The notes under the pieces: generated by a model
Databases searched by the model: none
Told to the model about the DNA's origin: nothing
What the model saw: the letters and a program-made list of their open reading frames with translations, nothing else
Source of the DNA: Octopus vulgaris
Lineage: Eukaryota
NCBI GenBank assembly: GCA_951406725.2
Contig: OX597834.1
Coordinates: 10,912,001-10,976,000, forward strand
Length of the DNA: 64,000 bases
Direction of reading: 5' to 3'
Made by a program: the position numbers and the translations under genes
Part shown: piece by piece, positions 1 to 13,329 of the stretch
Layout of the letters: each line of letters starts with the position of its first letter
Position numbering within the stretch: the stretch's first letter is position 1

Positions 1-254
1 CTAGTTGCTGAATCATTATGGTATACATAAAAAAATGAACACAGTACAAATATATAAACATACCGGTGCAAAGAGAGAGGATTCACACACATATGGTTAT
101 AAAATACGCACGCATAAACAAAATGGGTAGTGTATTTATGTATGCGAAACATACATATATAGGCAGATATACACGTTCATATTAGAAATACATGTTAGTA
201 CCAATATATAATAAACATATAGTAGACATGTATACATACATTCATATATATGTG

Positions 255-910
<656 letters not shown>

Positions 911-1091
911 GTAGTAAATATATAGTAAACTCGTAGGGCATCAGGAAGTACTATGTGTGCATATATCAGCAGTAAAATATATGTAATTATAGGGTATAAT
1001 GACAAGTAACATAAACCAGTAATAGTTAGAATGGGCATGTTGAGGGGGGTACATGGACACATTATGTAAATAAAATAAAATGAAAAAAATT

Positions 1092-1345
1092 ATGGGCATA
1101 TAACATCATAAATTTTAGTGTGAAACAAAAGTCATTTTTTTCTTACAAAGAATAAACTTTAATCAACAACATATTTTGCCATTTTTCTCGATGATCTTTT
1201 GCCCTCCTTCTGGCAGATTCATGATTCTGCACTCATAGAACTCCTGGTCCTAATCAGCCAAAAACTGAAGCAGGTCCGCTTTCAGGTCATCATTATTTTT
1301 GAAAATTTTACATCTTCAAAGAATTTTGTAAACTTCTAAAAAACT
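1092..1345 (-). mobile_element. Mariner transposase C-terminal relic
   Basis: Minus strand translates approximately as RSLQNSL..NNDDLKADLLQFLA..QEFYECRIMNLPEGGQKIIEKNG, matching the mariner C-terminus (RSLQNSL...FYERGIMKLPERWQKVIEQNG) with stops and frameshifts. Confidence 0.7.
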
Positions 1346-1444
1346 CCGATCTCGCTATCGTGAGAGCTACACCCTAACCAATAATTCATGCATCTTTGTA
1401 TACTTTAGTACACATGTTTACTTTTGTAACAACATGTATACTAT

Positions 1445-1626
1445 TTTACTCTTTTACTTGTTTCAGTCATTTGACTGCGGCCATGCTTGAGCACCACCTT
1501 TAATCGAGAAACTCGACCCCGGGACTTATTCTTTTGCCGGACCGCTAAGTAACGGGGACATAAACACACCAGCATCGGTTGTCAAGCAATGCTAGGGGGA
1601 CAAACACAGACTCACAAACACACACA

Positions 1627-1664
<38 letters not shown>

Positions 1665-1829
1665 TACGACGGGCTTCTTTCAGTTTCCGTCTACCAAATC
1701 CACTCACAAAGCTTTGGTCGGCCCGAGGCTATAGTAGAAGACACTTGCCCAAGGTGCCGCGCAGTGGGACTGAACCCGGAACCATGTGGTTGGTAAACAA
1801 GCTACTTACCACACAGCCACTCCTGCGCC
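1445..1829 (-). mobile_element. SINE family A copy (small internal deletion)
   Basis: tRNA-like head ggcgcaggagtggctgtgtggtaag...gggttcagtccc, internal TA/CA microsatellite, tail ggtgctcaagcatggccgcagtcaaatgactgaaac followed by (gtaaaaga)n. Confidence 0.93.
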
Positions 1830-3369
1830 TACGAGGTTATTAATGCCCTTAAGTACGTGCACGTATTTCATTTTACTCACATACATGCATAGCAATTATT
1901 ATAAATGATTTAATACGATTGTACATACACCATTATATTCTCAAATGTATGCAAATGCATACAGAAGTGAACATGTGTATATGTTAACAGCTTTCAAGTT
2001 CACACATGTATAATTACACATTTATTATATAAATGTGTATATCCCCATAAATATGCGCATATAAACTCATCAAACGTCTCTGTTTTCCTATATGAATTCA
2101 TAAATTTGCCTGCAAATGCAGATATAAAGACGGGCGCCGCGCAAAGTCATGCACACATACTTGTAAATTAAGTTGGAAATGAGAGTAACTTTACTAATTT
2201 GAATTGTATTTGTAGGTATACTGAAAGCGAAGCAGACAATAAACAAAATAAATGTATGCAAATTGGTTGGTGATGGAAATGCTGTATAGCTAGTTAGCTA
2301 GTTCTAAGCATTGAAATTTGTAATATTTTGCTTATCACATGCACGTATAAAATGTTTTAACAAGTATAATCCAACGAGTTCGCTAACCTCAACAATGTCG
2401 ACGCTCCACATAATGACATCAAACGGATTTCTGCCATTGAACTTCACCTATAAGCAAATTTATGAAAAAATAATGAAGTTTTATAGCGTTCACTATAGCA
2501 TTAACTACTACTATCTTCCATATATTTTGCTACAAATAATTGTGTATGGAAGAAAAATTCCATTATATAGAATTCTTCGTAATAATTATCAACGTCATTA
2601 GGCGACAGATCTTTAAACTAAACACTTGTAAGATTTTAAATATCAACTAATAAATACTTTTTTATTTTCAAAACATATTTTGATACATTTATCAGTATAG
2701 AAATTTGCTTTTTTTTTTTTAATGTTATTTGATCCTGATTAAACTTAACTACTTTTAAATTGGTGCATAAGTTGATCATATTTCAAATTTACAATTTTTA
2801 GCATTTCAATTATCAAATGTTAAATATGCATTTTTTAGCATTTCATTTATTAAATGATAAATTTTACTAATATTTTTTGAATTAAATAACCATAATCACA
2901 CGCAGCTAATGCTTAAATTTCACTATAAACTATACTATCCGTAACTGTAATTAAGAATACAGTCATGCGTTTAGGATGCATAAAATAAAATTAGTATTCC
3001 ATTAGAGAATTAGTAATGTATATAGAAATATAAATAAGAAAAGAAGAATAATATCTCATATTAATCTTGCGTAACTATTTGCGACAAAACTATATAAGAA
3101 TAGCTGTCAATGTATAGTCTTTATTGGATATACATATTTGATAGTACAGTGAAGGTAGTTTGTGTCCTGAGAAAACAACTCTTCGGTATATGTACGCCCA
3201 CAAGAGATATTATTTCAGGACAAAACATCTGTAATTGGCCTAAAACAAGAGTATACAAATTAATTAGGGTGCAAAGATGGGTAATTGGATTCATGTTGCT
3301 ACCCAGCCATCTTCCAGCATTTTCTTTTCTAGGCTGTGTAGAACAATGGAACGACCACTGGTATGGATA

Positions 3370-3520
3370 GAAAAATATGGTGGTGAAACATCTCTGTTCA
3401 TTTATAACAGATGTGATTCCGATGGTTTGGCATTGTGAAGTGGTTCCTCAAATTTGGCGTGACGTGATTAGGGACATACTCTATAATTTGAAAGGTGGAA
3501 TGTATGTCTGTGATAATTTT
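3370..3520 (+). mobile_element. Degenerate RTE-type LINE reverse-transcriptase fragment
   Basis: KYGGET...VWHCEVVPQIWRDVIRDILYNLKGGMYVCDN resembles the RTE RT N-terminal region (KYGG...IWxxEEVPQEWKDAIIVPIYKxKGDxxxCxN). Confidence 0.5.
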
Positions 3521-3689
3521 TGTTAGCTGGAGTTCATACTGTGCCACCGGTTCCTTCTGCCAGACACCACAACTGTGCATTATGCAATACTATGAGCAAA
3601 TATTTGACCGGGGCTCAAGAGTCATAGAACGGCCTCCCATTGCATCATCAATGACTCATTTCAGTGACGCTTTGCTCGTATACGAGAAA

Positions 3690-4060
3690 GCAGCTGCATG
3701 GCTGAGTGGTAAGAAGCTTGCTTCCCATTCACATGGATCCGAGTTCAGTCCCACTGCGAGTGTCGTATACTATAGCCTCGTGTGAACCAAAGCCCTGGCA
3801 GTGGATTTGGTAGACGGAAACAGAAAGAAATCCGTCAGATATATTTATAAATGTATATATTTGTATGTCTGTCTTTGTCACCCCATCATCGCTTGAAAAC
3901 CGATGCTGGTGTGTTTACATCCTCGTAAACTAGCGTTTCTGCCAAAATGACCGATAGAATAAGTACTAGGTTTACAAAGAGGAAGTCGTAGGCTTGCTTC
4001 GTTCGACGAAAGTTGGTGCTTCAACATGACCGTGCTCAAATGACTGAAACAAATAAAAGT
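3690..4060 (+). mobile_element. SINE family A, old diverged copy
   Basis: Diverged head tggctgagtggtaagaagcttgc...gagttcagtccc, body ggatttggtagacggaaac, tail gactgaaacaaataaaag. Confidence 0.85.
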
Positions 4061-4942
4061 ATATATACGTATGTATATATGTATATACGTATGTATGTAT
4101 GTTTGTATGTCTATACAAAGTGGAAAACAATAGCTCAAGATATAACTCTGTATTATTATTAAAATTTAGCAGAAGTTACTGAGGACTCAAAATTCTATAT
4201 TTTTTGTGTGTTGGCATTTACGAAACAAGTGTAATGTCAAAGACATGCGAGTTTATATAACTGTTGATAAATAAATATATTTCCTTCGAGGATTGCCCAA
4301 GAACGAATCAAAATAATGTCTCGTGTATAATTCAAACAGTTTTCCCGTTATGTCTATCAATAAGCAAGAACGTAGATAAATAAATAAGAAGAATAATAAA
4401 GAGAGAAAAGCGAACGAAAGAAATATTGTGCGTGTCATCACACACGCACACACACGCACTAACATATTTACACATGTGTCTACATCTGCTAAAAATTTCA
4501 GATCTCGAGTTAAGCAGTGTGTTGGAATTGCCGGATTTATTCGACTAAAGGCTTTAAGCTGCATCGAAATAACTACAACAAGTAAAATATTAAAGATAAA
4601 TGTCAACAATTTACCGAGGAAAGATCTTTAAAACTAAGACAAGTATTTCCCGAGCTGATGCAAGATTCATGCATATAAAGATGTTTTTATATTTTAGGTA
4701 ACCTCTTGGCATTTACACATCACCTTATAATAGAAGATATTATTCTGAAATAAAAGAAATAAAGTTGATGCAAATAAAAGCTAATATACAAGTGCAACTG
4801 TGAATACGTAAACATGAATACTTAAAGAAAGGAATATAAATACACAAAGCACAAATTAACTTTCAAAGCAGTCGTACAAGATACAGCGTTTATCATAACA
4901 AAAAAATATCACACCGCTCATGTAAACTATAAGGGTATGCGG

Positions 4943-5168
4943 CGAGCTGGCAGAAACGTTAGCACACCGTGCGAAATGCGTAGCCGTATTTCGTCTGCCG
5001 TTACGTTCTGAGTTCAAATTCCGCCGAGGTCGACTTTGCATTTCATCCTTTCGGGGTCGATAAATTAAGTACCAGTTACGCACTGGGGTCGATGTCATCG
5101 ACTTAATCCGTTTGTCTGTCCTTGTTTATCCCCTCTGTGTTTAGCCCCTTGTGGGTAGTAAAGAAATG
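4943..5168 (+). mobile_element. SINE family B monomer with 15-bp TSD
   Basis: A-box-like tggcagaaacg, B-box gagttcaaattcc, central tttcatcctttcggggtcgataaattaagtacc. Flanked by tataagggtatgcgg at 4928-4942 and 5169-5183. Confidence 0.93.
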
Positions 5169-5371
5169 TATAAGGGTATGCGGATAAAAAAGTAAAAAAC
5201 AAAAGATAAAGAAAAAAGAAACCATATAGTCACCGTGACACCTACACACTCCTTGTTCCTCGAAATCGTTTGTAATTTTAAATTATGTTTCTTGAATGCA
5301 AGAAAATTCAGAATGAATTGATAATTGAAATTTTGCCTAAACAAAATATGTGAGTATGAACATTGTTGTAG

Positions 5372-5531
5372 AGCATAAAAAAACGAGGCAATTTCTACTC
5401 TTCTCCTCTGGGAGCCATCTACTAGCGATACCAGAGGGCGTACACTCTCCTACCCTGATGTAATCGCCAGGGATACAGGCATCCAGCTACAGGACCTCCG
5501 TAATGCTATGATGGACCGTGAAGTCTGGCGT
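5372..5531 (+). mobile_element. RTE-type LINE ORF 3' fragment
   Basis: Translates ISTLLLWEPSTSDTRGRTLSYPDVIARDTGIQLQDLRNAMMDREVWR, a typical RTE C-terminus (LLWxP..RGR...AMxDRxxWR). Confidence 0.75.
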
Positions 5532-5805
5532 AAGTACCATTTACGCACTGCGGTCGATATAATCGACTTAGTCCCTTTGTCTGTTCTTGTTTGTCCTCTC
5601 TGTGTATAGCCCCTTGTGGGCAGTAAAGAAATAAGAATCGTTGACACGCCGGGCGAAATGCTTAGCGTTATTTGTCTGTCTTTACGTTCTGAGTTCAAAT
5701 TCCGCCGAAGTCAGCCATGCCTTTCATCCTTTCGGTGTCTATAAATTCGGGGTCTATAAATTAAGTATCAGTTGCGTACTGGGACCCTCCACAAAAATTT
5801 TGTGG
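5532..5805 (+). mobile_element. SINE family B partial tandem
   Basis: 3' half of one unit followed by a head and central domain. Confidence 0.85.
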
Positions 5806-7047
5806 TTCGAAATTAAAGCTAAGTTCGATTTAGTTACGTATAACTTTAAGTGTCACAGACACAAAACCACGTATACTCACATAATCCCGCGCTCACACAC
5901 ATATACATAGATTAGCTTCGTACCTAAGTCTTCTCCAGTTGAAGTATTTTACTTTTACATTCTGATGCTTTTTGTGATGTGCAATGATAAATTTGAACAT
6001 TAACTGTAAAGCCGTAGAGGAAAATCGAGATCGCACATTGATATGAGTCTAAAATAAAGCAAACAGAATCGTGAGGATGAACCGAATGACTCGTAATATC
6101 TATAAGGAAATTTTACAAGAAATATCACCATTGAATTAGCTAATCGTGTCTTACAATTATTTTAGCCATTGTTTATTAAGTCTTTAAGCGGTAATCTCAA
6201 CAGGGATGATGTTCGCATCACAAATGAGTTGTATTAGGCAGAAATCTGTACACAGAAGATCACTGTTGGCCCCAGAAAATGTCACGGTATTTATGTATGG
6301 TATTATGCCATCTAATATTTATCTCCTGTTCTCAAGATTTCTATATCTCTCAAAATATTGTTAAATATATATTTGATGTTGTCTTAGATGTGCCGTATTT
6401 TATTTCCGCATTATTCATATTTCCCGTCTTTAATTTTCATCTACCAATCTTACAGCGGTTTGACGTTGTTGTAAATATAATCTTTATTTGTTCTTCTCTT
6501 CTTACTTTCCTAGGGGTTTTGGATCTATGTACCTTAAAAATTCACTTCTGTAAAATTCTTTGATCTTCCCTCACACAACCCAGTAAATGTATGTGTGAAT
6601 ATTGGCACGGAAAGATATGCAGAACATCATGCGGTTCTGTTATTTTCCCTACGATACGCTCTGGAAACATGGAAAGGAAATGAAAATAGAAAAATCTGAC
6701 GACACGATTGCGCCACATTTTATTTCGCGTTACGACGCGTCCTTCTTTAAAATTATGTTTGAAGCACAATCTCCAGGCTTAGGACTCTCTACTATGTAGC
6801 TTTTCTGTATTCATTTAGCTTTAAACCATAGACATCTACTAACAATTTTTACCCTTGTTAGGCATCCCAGATATTCACATTCTCCCTTCATTTCTCCTCT
6901 CTATTATAGCTGTCTATCTATACAAATCAATTTTCGCATACTAAATGCATTTCAAGGTTTCGCATTACAAGAATCAAGGAATAATTAATATTCTATATAA
7001 TCACAAGTGCTCCTCTATATCCATCTCTCTCTCTCTATATATATATA

Positions 7048-7101
<54 letters not shown>

Positions 7102-7105
<4 letters not shown>

Positions 7106-7476
7106 ACTTGTTTCAGTCATTTGATTGTGACCATGGTATAGCACCGCCTTTAGTCGAGGAAATTCACCCCAGGACTTAATTTTTCGATGCCTAGTACTTA
7201 TTCTATCCGTCTCTGTTGCCAAACCGCTAGGTTACGGGGAAGTAAACACACCACCATTGGTTCTCAAGCGATGTTAGTGGCACAAACACAGACACACAAA
7301 CATATACACGCATACACATAAATATACATATATACGGCGGGCTTCTTTCTGTTTCCGTCTACCAAATTCACTCACAAAGCTTTGAAGACACTTGCCCAAG
7401 GTGCCACGCAGTGGGACCGAACCCCGGTACCATGTGATTGGTAAGCAAGCTACTTACCACATAACCACTCCTACGC
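7102..7476 (-). mobile_element. SINE family A copy
   Basis: Same head, body and tail motifs as other copies, with a deletion in the left half. Confidence 0.9.
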
Positions 7477-7485
7477 TTTTATATA

Positions 7486-7528
<43 letters not shown>

Positions 7529-7531
<3 letters not shown>

Positions 7532-7836
7532 TTGTGAAATAGAAAGATGAATAATCTTGTTGCAGATTAATCAAAAGTTTAACCGATACATTGGTAGCAA
7601 AAATCACAGCAGAAGACCATGGGCTCTTAGGAGCCTCGTTCGATTTGTTTTGCTCCGCCTCTGTTCTGTGTTTGTTTTATTTCCAACGGATTTCCTATTT
7701 CTTCCTGAAGAGAAAGACACAATATGGTCTCCTTATTCAATCGGAATTTGGTAAATTGTGCCTTTCGAAACACGTGTAGAATGCAATAAAACGATTTCTG
7801 TTCAATCTTCGTTCAACTCCATTTCTTCAATTCACT

Positions 7837-7842
<6 letters not shown>
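7529..7842 (+). mobile_element. (TA)n-embedded PLE pseudo-LTR-like insert
   Basis: Flanked by (TA)n, homologous to 21557-21836 (opposite strand), contains a canonical HHR core. Confidence 0.7.
7702..7781 (+). ncRNA. Type I hammerhead ribozyme motif (canonical core)
   Basis: ttc-CTGAAGA-gaaagacacaat...attgtgcctttc-GAAA-cacgtg-TA-gaa. Conserved core, long stem II, palindromic stem III acacgtgt, GUA cleavage triplet, short stem I. Confidence 0.75.
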
Positions 7843-7892
<50 letters not shown>

Positions 7893-7893
<1 letters not shown>

Positions 7894-8185
7894 AAAGTTA
7901 TTTAGTTGGCATCATAAAACTCCGAGTTTCGAATGTCGGGGCGGAAACTCGCACCAGCATGATTTCAGTTATCGAGACAATCAAAACATGCTATGAAAAG
8001 GATTTTGATTGCCTCGATAACCGAAGAGATGCCGGCGCTGGTTTCCGCCCCGACATCCGAAACTCAGAGTTGTATCGTTGGCAAGCGAATAATTGTCAAA
8101 TATTATATTTACAGATAAATTCCACTATTTTAACATAATATCGAAGCCTCTTTCATTCTTTTCTTGTCTTCCCATTTTGATCAAT
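7893..8185 (+). mobile_element. Inverted PLE pseudo-LTR insertion in (TA)n
   Basis: Arms ~7893-7986 and ~8003-8097 are imperfect reverse complements. 8015-8185 is homologous to 22145-22304. Confidence 0.7.
8015..8077 (+). ncRNA. Atypical hammerhead-like motif (CCGAAGA core, extra base before GAAA)
   Basis: cgataa-CCGAAGA-gatg...catc-c-GAAA-ctcagag-TT-gtatcg. Stem I cgata/tatcg, stem III actc/gagt. Confidence 0.55.
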
Positions 8186-8400
8186 ATATATATATAGAGA
8201 GAGAGTCAAGATCATTGAAAAGTTTGTAAGACGCAACGAAAATTTTAGAAAATAAAAATAAGAAATAAGTGGAAATTTTACCGGTGAGTGTGTTAAATAA
8301 TAAGGCACTAAAAGAGAATGACTCTCCCCAGACACAACAGAATATGCTTCAACACACGAACTCATATAAAGAATCTTGCAAACCGAATCCCAAAACGAAA

Positions 8401-8460
<60 letters not shown>

Positions 8461-8573
8461 TGTTCAAGTCCACTAATGCAACACTAATGCAGCAGTTTAT
8501 ACACACACACAAGAATGCATATATACATACACATATATATATATATGTACATATATATATGTATATAGATATT

Positions 8574-8746
<173 letters not shown>

Positions 8747-8765
8747 GTACTATAAGTATATATAC

Positions 8766-9066
8766 ATACAAAATATATGTATAGATTTAAATAGAGAGAA
8801 AGCAGAGCGAAGTTTCCAGACGATGAAAAAGAATTATTAAAAATATATAGATATAATATATAGATATTTATATATTAATAGAGCATACGCAAAGTACAAA
8901 GGACAGAAAATTAAAGGGGAGAAATTTTCTCTATCGTTTGTACTCTGTAAATTTGCCTCATTAATATATAAATATCTATCTGTTTATACTTGAATATTCA
9001 TCGTCTGAAAATTTCAGTCTTTGCTTCCTGTCTGTTTACCTGTATACATATATGTCTATTTTGTAT
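8766..9066. repeat. Degenerate ~300 bp foldback (inverted repeat)
   Basis: cagacgatgaa/ttcatcgtctg, atagatatttatatattaat/attaatatataaatatctat and agtacaaa/tttgtact are symmetrically placed about ~8917. Confidence 0.75.
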
Positions 9067-9226
9067 CACGAACTGAAGCAGTTTTATTTGGTGTAGTCAC
9101 ATAAATGTCTCCATACTCTTCACCTAGATAACTCTTATTGCCACACCTTACTCCGGGGACTTGGTCTATGGTAAAGTTATTAGAGTCGAAGTTCAAAACA
9201 TTTGAGAGCCACTATTCTCTTTATTG

Positions 9227-9534
9227 TGGAGGCGCAATGGCTTAGCGTTAAGAGCAGCGGACTCGCGGTTGGAGGATCGCGGTTTCGATTCCCAGACCGG
9301 GCGTTGTGTGTGTTTATTGAGCGAAAACCTCTAAAGCCCCACGAGGCTCCGGCAGGGGGTGGTGGTGACCCCTGTTGTACTCTTTTGTCTCAACTTTCTC
9401 TGACTCTCTCATCCTGTTTCTTGAGTAACGCTGCGATGGACTGGCGTCCCGTCCAACTTGGGGGAACACATACGCCATAGAAATCGGGAGACTGGGCCCA
9501 TGAGCCTGGCTAAGCTTCGAAAGGGCGCAAAAGG
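9227..9534 (+). mobile_element. SINE family C, tail type 1, with 13-bp TSD
   Basis: tRNA-like head (A box tggcttagcg, B box gtttcgattcc). TSD attctctttattg at 9214-9226 and 9535-9547. Tail contains gctgcgatggactggcgtcccgtcca. Confidence 0.9.
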
Positions 9535-9904
9535 ATTCTCTTTATTGAGCATATCTGGACATTTTATTTAGGTATGATATCTTCGGTCTGATGAGTAGCA
9601 AGTGTAGGACTCATGGTTGAGTAATTATTACTTCTGATTTTCTGCTAGCTAGGAAACCTATGTAGCCTGGATTTTACCTACAGCATTCTCTCATTTTTAT
9701 TCGAATTCATAGCAACATTAGATGCTAACCGCGAACTATAAAATAACTTTTTTCCTGCTTATCGAATTTCGATACGGGAAAAATCTACAACATTCTCCGC
9801 CATTAAACTCTTATAGCTCTTGAACGTTATTTATGATACCTATTAAAAAGTGCACGAAGCTTACTAACTTACTGCACCTAGATACCTGGGCCGTAATATT
9901 ATAC

Positions 9905-9947
<43 letters not shown>

Positions 9948-10001
9948 CAAATATACATATATGTATATATATATATATACATACACACACACAAACGCAC
10001 A

Positions 10002-10058
<57 letters not shown>

Positions 10059-10209
10059 TGTGTGCGTGTGTGTATGTAAAAAAACACAAACTGGGACAAG
10101 AACGCAAAACATTTAGAAGACGATACAAAAAACACGGACGGGACATTCGAAGCCTTCAATCTTCAGTCAAGAACCGGATCATCCTCGCAATTTCGGCTGA
10201 TTAATCTTG

Positions 10210-10267
<58 letters not shown>

Positions 10268-10271
10268 TATA

Positions 10272-10660
<389 letters not shown>

Positions 10661-10974
10661 TTTAGTGCGATACACTATATTGTTGGCATATGCAGCAGCC
10701 TATCGAGTTATACCAAATTTTGAATTGGTTGATATGTAGGCTGTAAATAATTATTTGTTGCTCTTACTAAATGTACTAATAGTCATATTGTAGAGAAGTC
10801 AAGAACAAACGTCATCTGCAAATTTCGTTTAGCACTCAACGTCTTATAAAACTCCAACATAACTATGTTTGACACTATTGGCCTGATGCATTTGGTAACA
10901 TTTAGAAAAGCGAAAGAAAACCGTTTGTAAATTATAGGCTTTTCCCGTCTTCACAGGTCTTTAAAACACTATTA

Positions 10975-11181
10975 TTCTTTCTTTCTTTTACTTGTTTCAG
11001 TCATTTGACTGTGGCCATGCTGGAGCACCGCCTTTAGTCGACAAATCGACCGGGACTTATTCTTTGTAAGCCCAGTACTTATTCTATCGGTCTCTTTTTG
11101 CCGAACCGCTAAGTAACGGGGACGTAAACACACCAGCATCGGTTGTCAAGCAATGCTAGGGGAACAAACACAGACACACAA

Positions 11182-11218
<37 letters not shown>

Positions 11219-11382
11219 CTAATATACGACAGGCTTCTTGCAGTTTCCATCTACCAAATCCACTCACAAGGCATTGGTCGGCCCGGGGCTACAGCAGAAG
11301 ACACTTTCCCAAGATGCCAGACAGTGGGATTGAACCCGCAACCATGTGGTTGGTTAGCAAGCTACTTACCACATAGCCACTC
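10975..11382 (-). mobile_element. SINE family A copy
   Basis: Near full-length match to other copies. Confidence 0.93.
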
Positions 11383-11599
11383 ATAACATTAATAGTAAAA
11401 CTTAAAGATTTCCCTTACTAAATTGAATTTCGATATGTCACTCTTATTCAAGAATTGTACCTTACAATATATCATTTTCAATCCGACACATTTTCATTTT
11501 ATAAACTGATATTTCTGTATCGAGAAAAATTTGCTTTACAATCTAGCATTTTCGCTCCCTCAAATTTCAACCATTTCTTTTAAGTTGTTCACATGTAAC

Positions 11600-12250
11600 C
11601 TTAATTCTTAAAGTAGAAAAATATTTTCTTAATCTAAAACCTAAGCATATCTTTGCCAATCACAAATTCTGAACACTTTCTAAGTGAGACAAGACATATT
11701 GCACCCACCTATTAGCAAAACAACACTGAAGTATCCATCTGAAAATATGTTACCACTATGTACGTCATCCAAGGCAGGAGTTATAACATATGAGGGACAC
11801 TTCTTTTCTATGGTATCAAACAGATTTTACATGAAAATCTTACTCAAACATTATATAAAGAAAACTTACATGTTTATATAATCATACAAGTCTTTTTAAT
11901 TTGCCATTAGCATTACAACAAATTTATACGAGTACATTTGGGAACTAAACGATAACACTTTGTAATAATCGATAAAATGAAGGGAAAAAATGATAGAAAA
12001 TTCCTAATACTATAAAATTAGAAGCCGTACTTTTAATCTCCACACTTCAGAGTAAACGAATATCTTCCCAAATCTCCATAACTAAAGATTCCATTTCAGC
12101 ACAAAATTGAAGAAATGTGATATATAGAAACGTTTCTAAGGAAACGCTATTTGAAACACTTCTGAAGACATCGTTTACGTGCTCACAAATATGATCTAAG
12201 AAGCTCATAATTTTAGATTTACCCATATTATCAAACTTTGACCCATCATT
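11600..12250 (+). mobile_element. Possible highly decayed PLE thumb/GIY-YIG remnant
   Basis: Weak motifs only: ILHPPISK (cf. SNHPPxIIK) and HRLRAHKYDLR (cf. RxxxHKxxFR). Confidence 0.25.
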
Positions 12251-12765
12251 CTTGCACTTTCAACCAGTCTTGGACTTGTTTCATCCTGCCGTAATATTAA
12301 ATACTGGCAACGACCTATATCTGAATTTTTCACTCAAGTTTTCCGAGGAGGTTATAATGATCAATATACGTTTATAAGTCCATAATATATTTTCAAATCA
12401 ATATACTAAAAATCTACTTTTTGAAGTATTGATCAAACTAACACTTTTAAACAGGAACATACTAAATACAAGCTGCAATCTGATCCATTTACCAAAATAA
12501 TAAAACGAAGAATCAGGAAATCGATTCTTCAAATACAATTATTGCTGTCCTACACCAAGAAAAAATCTCTATTAATAGTATGATACTAGAAACCGGAGCT
12601 TTAATCAAAAGACTTATGTGGTGTAGTTTTTTCTTTGATTAACTAAGAGAAGCGCAAGATAACATCTTTGCATGCAGATTAAAATCTGACAAATGCCATA
12701 CCATTTTATTGAAGATTGATCTAATTAAACGCCGTAACTCCTAATGTAAAAAAATAATAAGTATA

Positions 12766-12927
12766 GGCGCAGGAGTGGCTGTGTGGTAAGTAGGTTGTTT
12801 ATCAACCACATGGTTCCGGGTTCAGTCCCACCGCACGGCACCTTGGGCAAGTGTCTTCTACTATAGCCCCGGGCCGACCAAAGCGTTGTGAGTGTATTTG
12901 GTAGACGGAAACTGAAAGAAGCCCGTC

Positions 12928-13023
<96 letters not shown>

Positions 13024-13240
13024 ATGTTTGTGTGTCTGTGTTTGTCCCCCTAGCATTGTTTGACCACCGATGCTGGTGTGTTTACGTCCCCGTCACTTAG
13101 TTGTTCGGCAAAAGAGAACGATAGAATAAGTACTGGGCTTACAAAAAGAATAAGTCCCCGGGGTCGAGTTGCTCGATTAAAGGCGGTGCTCCAGCATGGC
13201 CACAGTCAAAATGACTGAAACAACTAAAAAGAAGAAAAAA
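12766..13240 (+). mobile_element. SINE family A full-length copy
   Basis: Head, long internal (TA)n(TG)n tract and tail all present. Confidence 0.95.
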
Positions 13241-13329
13241 TAGGGGAAACTGAACAACACAAAGTATGGATTTATGAATGTTGAATACATCTATGTCTAA
13301 CATAACCAGAATAAAATGCATAATAAATG

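Noticed and set aside
1589-1843. Recurrent peptide MLGGQTQT...RLPNPLTRLWSARGYSRRHLPKVPRSGTEPGTMW resembling a multigene family
   Set aside because: Antisense translation of SINE A; the frame shifts freely with the internal microsatellite length.
6240-6960. Purine-skewed region with short ORFs, possible L1-like ORF1 relic
   Set aside because: No diagnostic motif recognised.
9588-9620. ctgatga motif
   Set aside because: No stem II-GAAA or stem I pairing follows.
10078-10211. TA-flanked insert with ctgaaga and cgaaa on the minus strand
   Set aside because: The motifs are not in an order or pairing that forms a hammerhead; kept only as an unidentified insert.
12766-12840. tRNA-like sequences at SINE heads
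   Set aside because: No complete cloverleaf, and always attached to SINE bodies, so not tRNA genes.
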